64,000 nucleotides of DNA from sequence record MN091626.1; one strand, written 5' to 3'. Below, in pieces: positions 36,735-46,328 of the stretch (positions are counted from its first letter, which is position 1; each line of letters begins with the position of its first letter). The position numbers were made by a program, and so were the translations under genes. The notes under the pieces are model-generated. The model was not told the DNA's origin. It ran no database searches and saw nothing but the letters and a program-made list of their open reading frames with translations.

Positions 36735-37346
36735 ATGAATTATTTTGAATTGGAATTTACAGGTTTAATTGATAACAATCAATTAGATAATGGAGTTTTA
36801 CACAAACAAGAAAATGAAGAAATTGAATCCGGTCTTTTAAATATGATTCTATTTAAATTGTATCTAAAAGAATTCTATAATGATAATATGGATGATAGTG
36901 ATTTATGTAAAAAACTAAAAATAGAAATAAGAAGTGTTCATAGCTATAGTGATTCAGAAATTTATATTAATGAGGACTTTGCTGAAATATATGATGGTAT
37001 TAATCCGAATAATAACGTTAAATCAAGAAAAATAAATAAAAATTATGAATATTTATTTAAATTTATTAAGGATAATATAAATGAGAAAGATTTAAGTAAT
37101 ATACACGTAATTAAATTTACAACATTTGAAATAGAACGGTATAAGTCTGTTGTACGTTCTATATACTCAGCTAAACTTAAAATTAAAACTAGTAAATTCA
37201 TTAGTCGTTATAGAACAACAAAAGAGTTAGTATTCTATGATATTTCAAGCGAAAGTTTATATAGATTGTTGAAAAATACAAATAGAATAAGAAATATAAC
37301 GGAAAAGGAATATAAAAAAGAATTAGTTAAAAGGAGTTTCTTATAA
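36735..37346 (+). CDS. C-terminal-tag family protein
   Basis: MNYFE ... ITEKEYKKELVKRSFL. Confidence 0.85.
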   Translation: MNYFELEFTGLIDNNQLDNGVLHKQENEEIESGLLNMILFKLYLKEFYNDNMDDSDLCKKLKIEIRSVHSYSDSEIYINEDFAEIYDGINPNNNVKSRKINKNYEYLFKFIKDNINEKDLSNIHVIKFTTFEIERYKSVVRSIYSAKLKIKTSKFISRYRTTKELVFYDISSESLYRLLKNTNRIRNITEKEYKKELVKRSFL

Positions 37347-37894
37347 TGTATGAAGTTAATAAAAAATTTAAATATGCTAAAAGAGATAAAGAATTCACAT
37401 TATTTCACCATAAATCAAAAGAAGAAATAACTGATTCATTTATAATTAATAATTATATTTCATATGTATTATATCAATGCTACGAAAGAACACCAGGAAA
37501 TGCAGAAGTTTGGTTGGAAATTAATGACATAAATAATATAAAAGGTGATTTCTTATTTAAATTTATGTTTGACAACAGACCTTCTTTTGGTTCTAATTAT
37601 TTTCCTAAGTGTAAATTAAATATACAAGATAACAGTGATAATAATATTGTAACTATTGAATTTAGTGATAAATATAAAAGACATAATTTTATTCTAGAAG
37701 AAATATCTAAATTTAATAATGTTCATATTAATTTTTATGAAGAAGTATTATTTACTAATGAAGATGAAGAATTCAAGTTATTAAAGAATGTATTTAAAAC
37801 TGATAACATTAAATATTACCAAAATAAAGATTTAATTAGTTATATTTCAGACAAAGAAGCTAGAAAAATTTTAGTAAAAGAAAACTTTAAATAG
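37346..37894 (+). CDS. C-terminal-tag family protein
   Basis: Ends ISDKEARKILVKENFK. Confidence 0.85.
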   Translation: MYEVNKKFKYAKRDKEFTLFHHKSKEEITDSFIINNYISYVLYQCYERTPGNAEVWLEINDINNIKGDFLFKFMFDNRPSFGSNYFPKCKLNIQDNSDNNIVTIEFSDKYKRHNFILEEISKFNNVHINFYEEVLFTNEDEEFKLLKNVFKTDNIKYYQNKDLISYISDKEARKILVKENFK

Positions 37895-37910
37895 AATAGG
37901 GGCAAATAAA

Positions 37911-38444
37911 TTGAATAAATATTTTAAATTTAAATTAAATAATAAAAGTGATTACGATGTATTTAAATTTTCAGGAAATGAAGAAGAAATAAGCGATTCT
38001 AAAATTATAGAATCTTATTTTGCTTATATGTTTGATTATTATATAAGTGAAGCAATACCTGATACTAGCATGATAAATATTACGGTATTTACTAAAGATG
38101 AAAGAAAAAGATTATTTAGATTTTCTATAGATAAACCTCCAGTTTATATAGAAGAGCCTTTTAGTACTTTATTTATGATTGAAAATGATGAAGATAAACA
38201 AGTCAATTTTAGAGATTTTAATGAAATTAAAAAGTTTATACTTCAAAAGATTATGGAATTAAATGAAGACGAATTTTATATTTACATTGATTATAACTTT
38301 GATTTTTCTTATAAAATAGATTACGATGATGTATTTGATAAAATATTATTTACTAAAAATAATCTAAATCTTTATTTATTCTTTATTAAAGAAACAGATG
38401 AAAATGAATATAAAAATTATCTAGTAAGAGAGAATTTTAAATAA
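37911..38444 (+). CDS. C-terminal-tag family protein
   Basis: MNKYFKFK ... TDENEYKNYLVRENFK. Confidence 0.85.
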   Translation: MNKYFKFKLNNKSDYDVFKFSGNEEEISDSKIIESYFAYMFDYYISEAIPDTSMINITVFTKDERKRLFRFSIDKPPVYIEEPFSTLFMIENDEDKQVNFRDFNEIKKFILQKIMELNEDEFYIYIDYNFDFSYKIDYDDVFDKILFTKNNLNLYLFFIKETDENEYKNYLVRENFK

Positions 38445-38461
38445 GAAAGTGAGATAGATAA

Positions 38462-39235
38462 ATGGAATATATTATGATGAATGAATTATTAACAAAAAAT
38501 GATTCATCTGAATTAAAACTAAATATGGTTAAACCATATAAAGAAGAAGACTTTTTCAATTTCTTTTTAAACTTTATTATAGAATATAATTCATATCATA
38601 TAGGAAATTATAAATACTTTTATAGTATAAACTCATTATCGGATTATAATTCAGATTATCAAATAAATGGAAATCCTTATGTGCCATTTGAGGAAGGAAT
38701 AAAAGTAAATGAAGTCATTCATATTTATAAAAATAAATTATTTAGAAATATAAGTAAAGACATTGAAAATAGAATAACCTTACTTTATGTAGAAGACAAA
38801 GAAGATGATATTTCCTATTATATATTAATATCTAATTACTTTAATAGGAAATTTAAAAAAGAATATAAAGAAGAACTTCCCGAAAAAGAAAAAGTATTAT
38901 CTAGACTTATAGTAGGATCTTTTCTAAATGAAAAGATTTTATTAGATTCACATTCAGAATTTTTAGTTATTAAAGATAAAGAAAAATTAAGCAATTTAAT
39001 TACTAATTTAATAAAAAATCAAAAATACAAAATTTTAAACTTTGATTTCTTAAGCAATAGTGAATTAAAATATAATAGGATACTATTTAATAAAAATGTA
39101 TATGATAATAAATTAGTCTTGAAATATTTAAAAGGAATAAGTTACAAAGACATTATTGATAAAGATAAAGAAAAAATTACGTTTATAAATGAAAAAGAAT
39201 ATAAAAAACTAGCAGTGAAAGAATCATTTAAATAA
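38462..39235 (+). CDS. C-terminal-tag family protein
   Basis: Ends INEKEYKKLAVKESFK. Confidence 0.85.
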   Translation: MEYIMMNELLTKNDSSELKLNMVKPYKEEDFFNFFLNFIIEYNSYHIGNYKYFYSINSLSDYNSDYQINGNPYVPFEEGIKVNEVIHIYKNKLFRNISKDIENRITLLYVEDKEDDISYYILISNYFNRKFKKEYKEELPEKEKVLSRLIVGSFLNEKILLDSHSEFLVIKDKEKLSNLITNLIKNQKYKILNFDFLSNSELKYNRILFNKNVYDNKLVLKYLKGISYKDIIDKDKEKITFINEKEYKKLAVKESFK

Positions 39236-39246
39236 ATAATAAATAA

Positions 39247-39306
39247 TCTCATCCATTCATTATATAATAACTTTTAATTATATAATAATTTTTAGAATGG
39301 ATGAGA
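39247..39306 (+). promoter_or_regulatory. Large-loop hairpin overlapping the RBS of 39314
   Basis: TCTCATCCATTC/GAATGGATGAGA 12-bp stem. Confidence 0.5.
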
Positions 39307-39313
39307 TGCTTTT

Positions 39314-39973
39314 ATGAGTAATTATTTATATCGTTTTAACAAAGAGAATGTAAATATCTTCTATCATAAAAGGACTAATAATGGTCATAAAATGTTATTT
39401 AATAATAGTAATGATAAAGATAGATCTATATACTTAATAAATACTGATGAAGAAATCAATAATATGGAACTAGTATCTAAATATATTGCTGGAAAAGTAT
39501 TTGAAATACTAAATCAAGAAAATATGAAAATAGTACATATGGATTTCTTTAATAGTAAATTAGAATTCTTTATAAGTAGATCATCCAAGAATAAATATAT
39601 AATGAATATGTATTTTAGTTTAAAAAGTTATAATGATCTAATTGAAAATGAAAAAGAATTTATAGATAGTGTTAATGAACTTAATTTAGACTTTTTAAAA
39701 TCAGTTTCTTTAGATCAAGACAATAATCATGTATTAGATATGACATTAATATTTTTAATAGATAAAAATAAGATAGATGAATTTATTAAAAATCTATTTT
39801 ACATTAATTATATAAAGATAATAGAATTTATAATAGATACTATATCTGTATATGCAGATGATTATAAGAAATTTAATGAAGAAATAAATATTCTTTTGGA
39901 TCATAGAAATTTTATAGAAGAGATAACATATAAAGAATATAAAAAGATAATGACAAAAGAGATGTTTATTTAA
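39314..39973 (+). CDS. C-terminal-tag family protein
   Basis: MSNYLYRFN ... ITYKEYKKIMTKEMFI. Confidence 0.85.
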   Translation: MSNYLYRFNKENVNIFYHKRTNNGHKMLFNNSNDKDRSIYLINTDEEINNMELVSKYIAGKVFEILNQENMKIVHMDFFNSKLEFFISRSSKNKYIMNMYFSLKSYNDLIENEKEFIDSVNELNLDFLKSVSLDQDNNHVLDMTLIFLIDKNKIDEFIKNLFYINYIKIIEFIIDTISVYADDYKKFNEEINILLDHRNFIEEITYKEYKKIMTKEMFI

Positions 39974-39986
39974 GGAGAAATTAACT

Positions 39987-40697
39987 ATGAAGGTTTCAGC
40001 CAATAAAGAATTATTAGGAAATAAAGTTATACCTTTAGGGTTTAAACAACTTAATGACTTGTATAAAGATCATGATTATGTATATTTAAGAATTCCTGAA
40101 ATATTTAATGTATTTGATAAGTATCAATTTAAAGATGATAAATTTGTATATATTAAAACAGAAATAAAAACCAGTACTATTGTAGATTTAATAGATTCTT
40201 TATCAGGTGGTCATAATTGGTTAGTAAATGAATATATTTCTAATGATATACTAAATATACATTATAAAAAGAAAAATTTATTAGATATTTCTAACAGTGA
40301 ATATAAAAGTCTAGAGGAAACAAGATCTCAACTAGATTTAGAATTGGAATTCATAAGTAGTAATGAAAAACAAAGAAAGCAATCTAATATTTTAATAAAG
40401 GATATTCATAAAGAAATAAATTATATAAGGAATGAATACACAAAAGTATTCACTCTTAAGAAAAGTAAAACCAGAAATAATAAACCAATAAAAATAAAAA
40501 TTAGAAATTTATATGATGAAGATCCAATATCTATATTAAAAATAATATTAGACTTAGGAGAAGAATATTGTATGAATAGTACTATATTTAACGCATTCAC
40601 TTATTCATTAATGTTAACAAATAATTTAGATTTCATAGACGAAAAAGAATTTCAGGATATAGTTAAGAAAGAGAAAGTGAAAAATACTTTCATTTAA
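39987..40697 (+). CDS. C-terminal-tag family protein (extended tag)
   Basis: Ends IDEKEFQDIVKKEKVKNTFI. Confidence 0.8.
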   Translation: MKVSANKELLGNKVIPLGFKQLNDLYKDHDYVYLRIPEIFNVFDKYQFKDDKFVYIKTEIKTSTIVDLIDSLSGGHNWLVNEYISNDILNIHYKKKNLLDISNSEYKSLEETRSQLDLELEFISSNEKQRKQSNILIKDIHKEINYIRNEYTKVFTLKKSKTRNNKPIKIKIRNLYDEDPISILKIILDLGEEYCMNSTIFNAFTYSLMLTNNLDFIDEKEFQDIVKKEKVKNTFI

Positions 40698-40703
40698 AAC
40701 ATT

Positions 40704-40744
40704 ATTCATATAGTTTGAGGAAATTTTCCTTAAGCTATATGAAT
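40704..40744 (+). terminator. Long terminator hairpin ending the early block
   Basis: 19-bp stem with G-U pairs followed by TATTTTTATTTTTTT. Confidence 0.75.
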
Positions 40745-40893
40745 TATTTTATTTTTTTTCTAAAAATATAAACTAATTTATATTAATAATTTTTATAATG
40801 TATCATTCACTTAGTCGCAAATATTTATTTATTTTAAGAACATAAATTTTATATCAAATAATATAGAATTTTTAAAAAGGAGAATTTAATTTT

Positions 40894-41460
40894 ATGGAAA
40901 AATATGATAAATTAACTGAAGAATTAGAAGCTTTATATGAGCAATCTCAAGAAGAAGCTCTAGAAGAACAATTCGAAAGCATTATTGAATCAGCTGATGA
41001 AGATAAAGCAGAAGATGAAGTTAAAGATAAAGATTCTAAAGAGGATTCAGACGAAGAAGAAACATCTGTTGAAGAACAATTTAACAGTATCTTAGAATCA
41101 GAAGATGAAGAATCAGAAGATGAAGAATCTGACGAGGAAGATGAAGAAGATTCAGTTGAAGAATCCGAAGACGAAGAAGATGATGAAGATTCAGTTGAAG
41201 AATCTGATGACGAAGACGAAGAAGATGATGAAGATTCTTTAGAAGAAGAATTAAATCGTTTATTTGAAGAAAATGAAGATCCAGAAATGGATGTTGAAAA
41301 GCAAACTACAAAAGCTAACAACATGAACTCAAAAAAATCATCTGATTCTACTGAACATCCTGAAGAAGATGTAAGCAAAATCACTTCAGAAGATGAAGAC
41401 GAAGAAGAAGATGACGAAGATGAATCATTAGAAGAATCATTAGATCGTATCTTTGGTTAA
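40894..41460 (+). CDS. Hyperacidic repetitive protein (scaffold/core protein or DNA mimic)
   Basis: AAGGAG SD; roughly half D/E; repeated [SA][LV]EE units. Confidence 0.8.
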   Translation: MEKYDKLTEELEALYEQSQEEALEEQFESIIESADEDKAEDEVKDKDSKEDSDEEETSVEEQFNSILESEDEESEDEESDEEDEEDSVEESEDEEDDEDSVEESDDEDEEDDEDSLEEELNRLFEENEDPEMDVEKQTTKANNMNSKKSSDSTEHPEEDVSKITSEDEDEEEDDEDESLEESLDRIFG

Positions 41461-41481
41461 TTATTAATTAATCTTTAAAAT

Positions 41482-41515
41482 ATCCCCTAACCTTATTAAT
41501 TTAAGGTTAGGGGAT
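41482..41515. terminator. Bidirectional terminator between convergent genes
   Basis: ATCCCCTAACCTTA/TAAGGTTAGGGGAT. Confidence 0.8.
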
Positions 41516-41530
41516 TAATACTGCATTTTT

Positions 41531-41998
41531 TTATCTAAAATAGTTTGTATTATCAGTCATTTTTCTTCCAAAAGCATCTAATCCATCTAATGGATTAGCT
41601 TTATCTCCAGTTGCTTTAAAATCATCTCCACCGTAAGTTCCACTAAAATTAGTGTCTACACCTTTTGATAATTCTTCGCTCATCATATTCATGTGTCTAA
41701 CTCTTTCTTTCTTTCTTTGTAAATATGCTTCTGCTTCTTCAACTGACATTAATCTACTCTCATCAATAGTTTCATTTTCTTTTAATTTAACCACTGGTTT
41801 AAAACCTTCCATGTATACATAAAACTTATCAATTTGATCTTGATAAATGAAAGGAATTTTAGTTTTTAAATGAAGAGTTGTAGGTTCATCTTCATATTGT
41901 AGAGTTTCATAATCAAGTATATTTCCTTCTTTATCTACTGTTACTGCTAAGTCCATCATAATTTTTTCTTCATTTTTTTCTTCTGACAAAATATTCAA
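41531..41998 (-). CDS. Hypothetical protein
   Basis: 155-aa ORF, GGA SD, TTG start. Confidence 0.7.
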   Translation of the reverse strand: MNILSEEKNEEKIMMDLAVTVDKEGNILDYETLQYEDEPTTLHLKTKIPFIYQDQIDKFYVYMEGFKPVVKLKENETIDESRLMSVEEAEAYLQRKKERVRHMNMMSEELSKGVDTNFSGTYGGDDFKATGDKANPLDGLDAFGRKMTDNTNYFR

Positions 41999-42016
41999 GT
42001 CCTTTCCAATTAAATA

Positions 42017-45013
42017 TTAGTTTCTACCATAAATATATGAGTTAAGAATCCAAGCATTACCTTTTTGTCCTGGTTTAACTCTTGCACGAATTGCTATAGA
42101 TGCTATAGATTGTGCCGGAATACCCATATCTACAATAATCTCTTTATGTTTTGTCTTAGTTACACTAGTTGATGTGTCTTTAGGTATAGATACAGTTTTA
42201 TCAAAGAATACTCCATTTTGATCATTAAATGAATCAACTTTAATATCTATACCACATTGTGGAGTAGCATACCATATACCAATGTGTAACCATCTAGTTT
42301 CATGTTGTCCGTATAATGTCATAGCACGTCTAAAGTAGCTACCAGTAGTCTTATCACTAAACATAAATGCATTACCAACATTTTTAAATCTTGGAGTACC
42401 ATTTGACATCAAATCTTGTACACCTGGTTCTGAACGTACATAAGCTGTAGTAAATCGAGGCATACCGTTATAAACTAGATATCCACCATCAGGACGTTTA
42501 ATAGTAATACCACCCTTAACTTCTCCCATAGCATCTAACATTGTTTGAACAACAATATTTTTAGACATTAAATTAGTAATAGCCGCTTCTTTAATAGTAG
42601 CTTTACCATTAGAAATTATTACATCACCATCATTGATATCAACCATTTTGGATTTTAATTTAATATTATTAGGATCAACTTCCAATGTAGATAATTTATC
42701 ATTAGAAGAAGATGACATAGTAATACCATCTGCTAAAATAGATAATGCGGAACCCATTTTTTCTATTTTAGTTTTATCAGCATTGTAAGATTCTTTAGTA
42801 ACACTTAAAGCGATATTATTTTCTGTTTGACTAATTCTACTTTCCATATTAGTAATTCTAGCATTACTATCTTTAATAGAAGGTTGCCAAGCAGTAGACT
42901 TGTTACCTTCTTCAACTTTCAATCCTTCAATATCAACAGACATTGGGAAAGTTCCATTTTTATTAATAACCATATTAATTAATGTATCAACTGTAAATGA
43001 ATCATTAGGAATAAATACTACTTCTATTAACGTTAAAGCAGAAGTATCATCAAACGTAATATTACGTGAATCTTGACCTTTAGCAACACTATTAACAAAA
43101 GTATTAGTTATAGTTGAATTAGGTATACTAATATCTACATTAGTTAATGTACCAGTTTTCTTTTCTAAGTTAAAACTTAATATGTGTTCACGTCTATTTC
43201 TAACTTTATCTAATTTAAATTTAATACCTTGACCGTTAGCAGTTAAAGCCGCATTAAGTTCTCCGTATTCTAAATAACTAGTTTTAGTTAAAGTTACAGA
43301 ACCAATTGGTGTAATATTATCAATACTAACTAAGTTCATACCGCCAACTGTAATTTTACCAGCTTCTGTAACAGCATAACCATTAGAAATACTGTCAATA
43401 GCTTTTTGAATAGCATCTTTAATATTTGATTGAGCTTCATTATATCTCAAGTAGTTAGTGTTAAATTGAGCTATTTCTTCTTGAGTAGCTACTCCATCGC
43501 TAATAGTGTTAGTAATATCTTGTATTAATATATTATATTTTTCATTAAATAAATCATATTTATTTTTTAAATCTGTTTTTACTGAATTAGCCATCATTTT
43601 ATTAGGATAAAGTGTATTAAAGATTTTATCTATCTCAGCTTTATCCTTATCAATAACATTTTTTTGTTTATCAATAGCAATTCTTTCAGCATTAGATATA
43701 ATGCCATCTTTAAAAGCCTCAGTAACCGTATCACCTAAACCTACAGCGTTCTTTTCAATATTAGTTATTTTACCATTAATAGTTTTATTATAGTTTTCTA
43801 ACATATTGTCATAATCTTCAGGAGCTGCTGTCCAGTCAGAAGAAACACTACCTCTTTCAACTTTAACTCTAGCAATATCAAATGTACCACTTAAACCATT
43901 AAGATCAGTGTCTACTCCAAGAAGTAATTTAGTATTATTTCTTCCAGTCAGTGTTTGTTTATATACAAATGAATATCTATGCCATTCTTCATCAATATCT
44001 AAATACTTTTCAGCAATTGGTGTAGAATAATTACCAGAAGGATCAATAAAGTAACAATAATCAAGTCTATTAAATGTATCTGATCTAAAATCAAATGAAA
44101 TAGTATAAGTTTCATTGTATTCTAATTTAAATCCATTATAGCTTTGAGCTCCTACTTGACCTTCAATTCCTTCAGTATTAATTGTAAAATAACTTTTACC
44201 GTTACTGTCTTGTCCAAAAGTTAAAGCATTTGGGTTTGATGAATTTAAAGTATCTGGTTTTAATAACCAATTACCTGAAACTGCTAAAGAATTTTCTAAT
44301 AAGTTTTTACCACCAATAACAATACCATCCATTTCAGATTTAGAAACTGTTTGTTCTATTAAATCTGCAAATTGAGATATTTGACTTTCAAATTCAGTTA
44401 CTTTATTATTAACGGTATCTATATCAGCTCTAGTGACTGTATCTTGTAAAACTCTAGCTGTTTGTTCTCTAAATGATTCTAATTTAGTAATACTATCATT
44501 AATTTCATTAAGAGTATAATCAGTAGCTATACTCTTAATAGATTCTGCAGTTTGTTCTACTTTAGTACTTAAATATTGTATAGATGATTCATATTTATTA
44601 ACTTTAGACATTGCTATTGATAAAGATTCTTCATTAGATGAAACTCTTCCATTTAAAGAATCTAGATTACCTTTAATATCAGAATCCCATCCACCTTCAG
44701 CAATACTATCAATATAGTCAATACTTAGTTTTTGGTATTTTCTTAACTCCGTTTTTAATGTATCAAGTGTAACATAGTTAGATAAATCTAAATCAATATC
44801 GTGACTACCATCTAAATTTCTTAATTTTTCTACTAAATTATCATTTTCTTTATCTAAAGAATCAATATTTGTATTTAATACATTAATTCTATTTTTATTA
44901 TCTTCTGATAGATTTTTAATGCTATCTTGTTCTTGTAATAAAGAATTGAATTTCGATTTAATAGAATTTATTTCTTCATTTATTTGAAGAAGATTCTTTT
45001 CTTTATCTTCCAT
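42017..45013 (-). CDS. Tail fibre/receptor-binding protein, siphovirus minor-tail type
   Basis: Coiled-coil N-terminus; two CBM-like modules bounded by IGGKNLLENS/KVERGSVSSDWTAAPED and VGGMNLV/KVEEGNKSTAWQPS; C-terminal domain shared with the 2664-aa protein. Confidence 0.75.
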   Translation of the reverse strand: MEDKEKNLLQINEEINSIKSKFNSLLQEQDSIKNLSEDNKNRINVLNTNIDSLDKENDNLVEKLRNLDGSHDIDLDLSNYVTLDTLKTELRKYQKLSIDYIDSIAEGGWDSDIKGNLDSLNGRVSSNEESLSIAMSKVNKYESSIQYLSTKVEQTAESIKSIATDYTLNEINDSITKLESFREQTARVLQDTVTRADIDTVNNKVTEFESQISQFADLIEQTVSKSEMDGIVIGGKNLLENSLAVSGNWLLKPDTLNSSNPNALTFGQDSNGKSYFTINTEGIEGQVGAQSYNGFKLEYNETYTISFDFRSDTFNRLDYCYFIDPSGNYSTPIAEKYLDIDEEWHRYSFVYKQTLTGRNNTKLLLGVDTDLNGLSGTFDIARVKVERGSVSSDWTAAPEDYDNMLENYNKTINGKITNIEKNAVGLGDTVTEAFKDGIISNAERIAIDKQKNVIDKDKAEIDKIFNTLYPNKMMANSVKTDLKNKYDLFNEKYNILIQDITNTISDGVATQEEIAQFNTNYLRYNEAQSNIKDAIQKAIDSISNGYAVTEAGKITVGGMNLVSIDNITPIGSVTLTKTSYLEYGELNAALTANGQGIKFKLDKVRNRREHILSFNLEKKTGTLTNVDISIPNSTITNTFVNSVAKGQDSRNITFDDTSALTLIEVVFIPNDSFTVDTLINMVINKNGTFPMSVDIEGLKVEEGNKSTAWQPSIKDSNARITNMESRISQTENNIALSVTKESYNADKTKIEKMGSALSILADGITMSSSSNDKLSTLEVDPNNIKLKSKMVDINDGDVIISNGKATIKEAAITNLMSKNIVVQTMLDAMGEVKGGITIKRPDGGYLVYNGMPRFTTAYVRSEPGVQDLMSNGTPRFKNVGNAFMFSDKTTGSYFRRAMTLYGQHETRWLHIGIWYATPQCGIDIKVDSFNDQNGVFFDKTVSIPKDTSTSVTKTKHKEIIVDMGIPAQSIASIAIRARVKPGQKGNAWILNSYIYGRN

Positions 45014-45051
45014 TATTAAATTTCACCAAACTTTCATTTTTATTTAAATAA

Positions 45052-45063
45052 TAAGTTGATGTT
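45052..45063 (-). promoter_or_regulatory. AR9-type late promoter AACA-N6-TA
   Basis: AACA-TCAACT-TA, 39 nt upstream of the 998-aa gene. Confidence 0.55.
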
Positions 45064-45075
45064 TTATGATTTTAA

Positions 45076-45582
45076 TTAAACGAATAATGAAAGATTGATT
45101 GCATTTGTATACGGATCTGATAATTTATATACATAAATATTAGTAATCATTAAATCTTTCATCTCAATTTTATTATTTTTCATTAATTCATCTAACTCTG
45201 TATCTTCTTTAATAGAATCAAAAATAGCTGGACCAATATATTTTAATACTTCTTTGTCTAATTTATCAGCCACATCTTCTTCATATTCTCTTAAATAGAT
45301 TTCGTAATCATCATTACTTCCCTGAAAACTTTGTTTATTTTTAGCATGCAAATCTTCATCATCTAATTTGATAACAAATGTTGGTTTTTTAACATCAATG
45401 TGTTTTTCTGCCGCTTCAGATCTAAATTTAAAGTTTTCAGATTTATTAATAGTATCACGAATAATATCAACTGTATTCTCTAAATCGATATAGTTCATAA
45501 TGTTATTTCTAATTCTCATTATTAACTGCAAATCTCTAATATCTTTTTCTTCATTAACTAATACATCTTTATTATTTCTCAT
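45076..45582 (-). CDS. Hypothetical protein
   Basis: GGAG SD; 168 aa. Confidence 0.7.
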   Translation of the reverse strand: MRNNKDVLVNEEKDIRDLQLIMRIRNNIMNYIDLENTVDIIRDTINKSENFKFRSEAAEKHIDVKKPTFVIKLDDEDLHAKNKQSFQGSNDDYEIYLREYEEDVADKLDKEVLKYIGPAIFDSIKEDTELDELMKNNKIEMKDLMITNIYVYKLSDPYTNAINLSLFV

Positions 45583-45584
45583 TG

Positions 45585-46217
45585 TTATTTATTCTCCATT
45601 CTTTTCTCTTTTATTTTTTCTATTAATGTTTTATATCTATCTAATAATACTTTATCCATTCTACCTTTAGATTCTTCTAGATCATCTTTTACATATTTAA
45701 TATGTATGAATGTTTTATCTTTAAAATCACTAGAATACTTCTTAAGAGAAGTTACTTTAAATATCTGAGCATCATCTTTCCAAAACATTTCATTCATAAC
45801 ATCAAATGTAGTTTTTTGGAAATTATCAACATCAGGAGTATTTGTTCTCTTAATTAAACCTAAAAGTTTAAATAATATAAGTTTTATTGAATCAGTATTA
45901 TTACAAGGATTTCTTTCTGTAATTAATTCAAATTCAATAGGACTTTCAAAATTATTTTTAATGATATCTTTTATAAAATCTTCTTTTAATTCTTCTTTCA
46001 TTCTTTTCTTTAATTCTTTTTTATATGTGTGTAAAGGATCATAAGTTCTCATTCCGCTTTTTCTATGTCTAAGATATTGATAAACTTCATGATCATCTAT
46101 AGAAATGATAATTTCATTATCATTTACACTTTTATACTCAATGTTACAATTTTTAACTTCTTCAATTTTATCTAATATCTTTTTAGGTACTTCTTTTTTC
46201 TTTTTAGGCATTTTCAT
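45585..46217 (-). CDS. rusA: RusA-like Holliday junction resolvase
   Basis: PDVDNFQKTTFDVMNEMFWKDDAQI matches RusA PD.DN..K...D.L.G....DD.QI. Confidence 0.85.
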   Translation of the reverse strand: MKMPKKKKEVPKKILDKIEEVKNCNIEYKSVNDNEIIISIDDHEVYQYLRHRKSGMRTYDPLHTYKKELKKRMKEELKEDFIKDIIKNNFESPIEFELITERNPCNNTDSIKLILFKLLGLIKRTNTPDVDNFQKTTFDVMNEMFWKDDAQIFKVTSLKKYSSDFKDKTFIHIKYVKDDLEESKGRMDKVLLDRYKTLIEKIKEKRMENK

Positions 46218-46288
46218 TCAATTCCTTTAGCAAAGTGTATATTTATAATAATAACGTTATATGTATATTAAAATTTTTTATAAAATAA

Positions 46289-46320
46289 ACGGTAACATTC
46301 AATTTAATGAATGTTACCGT
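46289..46320 (-). terminator. Terminator after holin
   Basis: ACGGTAACATTCA/TGAATGTTACCGT, T-rich on minus side. Confidence 0.75.
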
Positions 46321-46328
46321 AAAGTATA

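Noticed and set aside
13082-40697. C-terminal tag as a type VII secretion YxxxD/E signal
   Set aside because: No D/E four residues after the Tyr in most members and no WXG-type helical hairpin
40947-41384. Ser-rich 145-aa minus-strand ORF
   Set aside because: Antisense shadow of the GAA/GAT-rich acidic gene; no SD
41041-41440. GAAGAT/GACGAA tandem repeats as a non-coding repeat element
   Set aside because: Fully explained by Asp/Glu codons of the acidic protein
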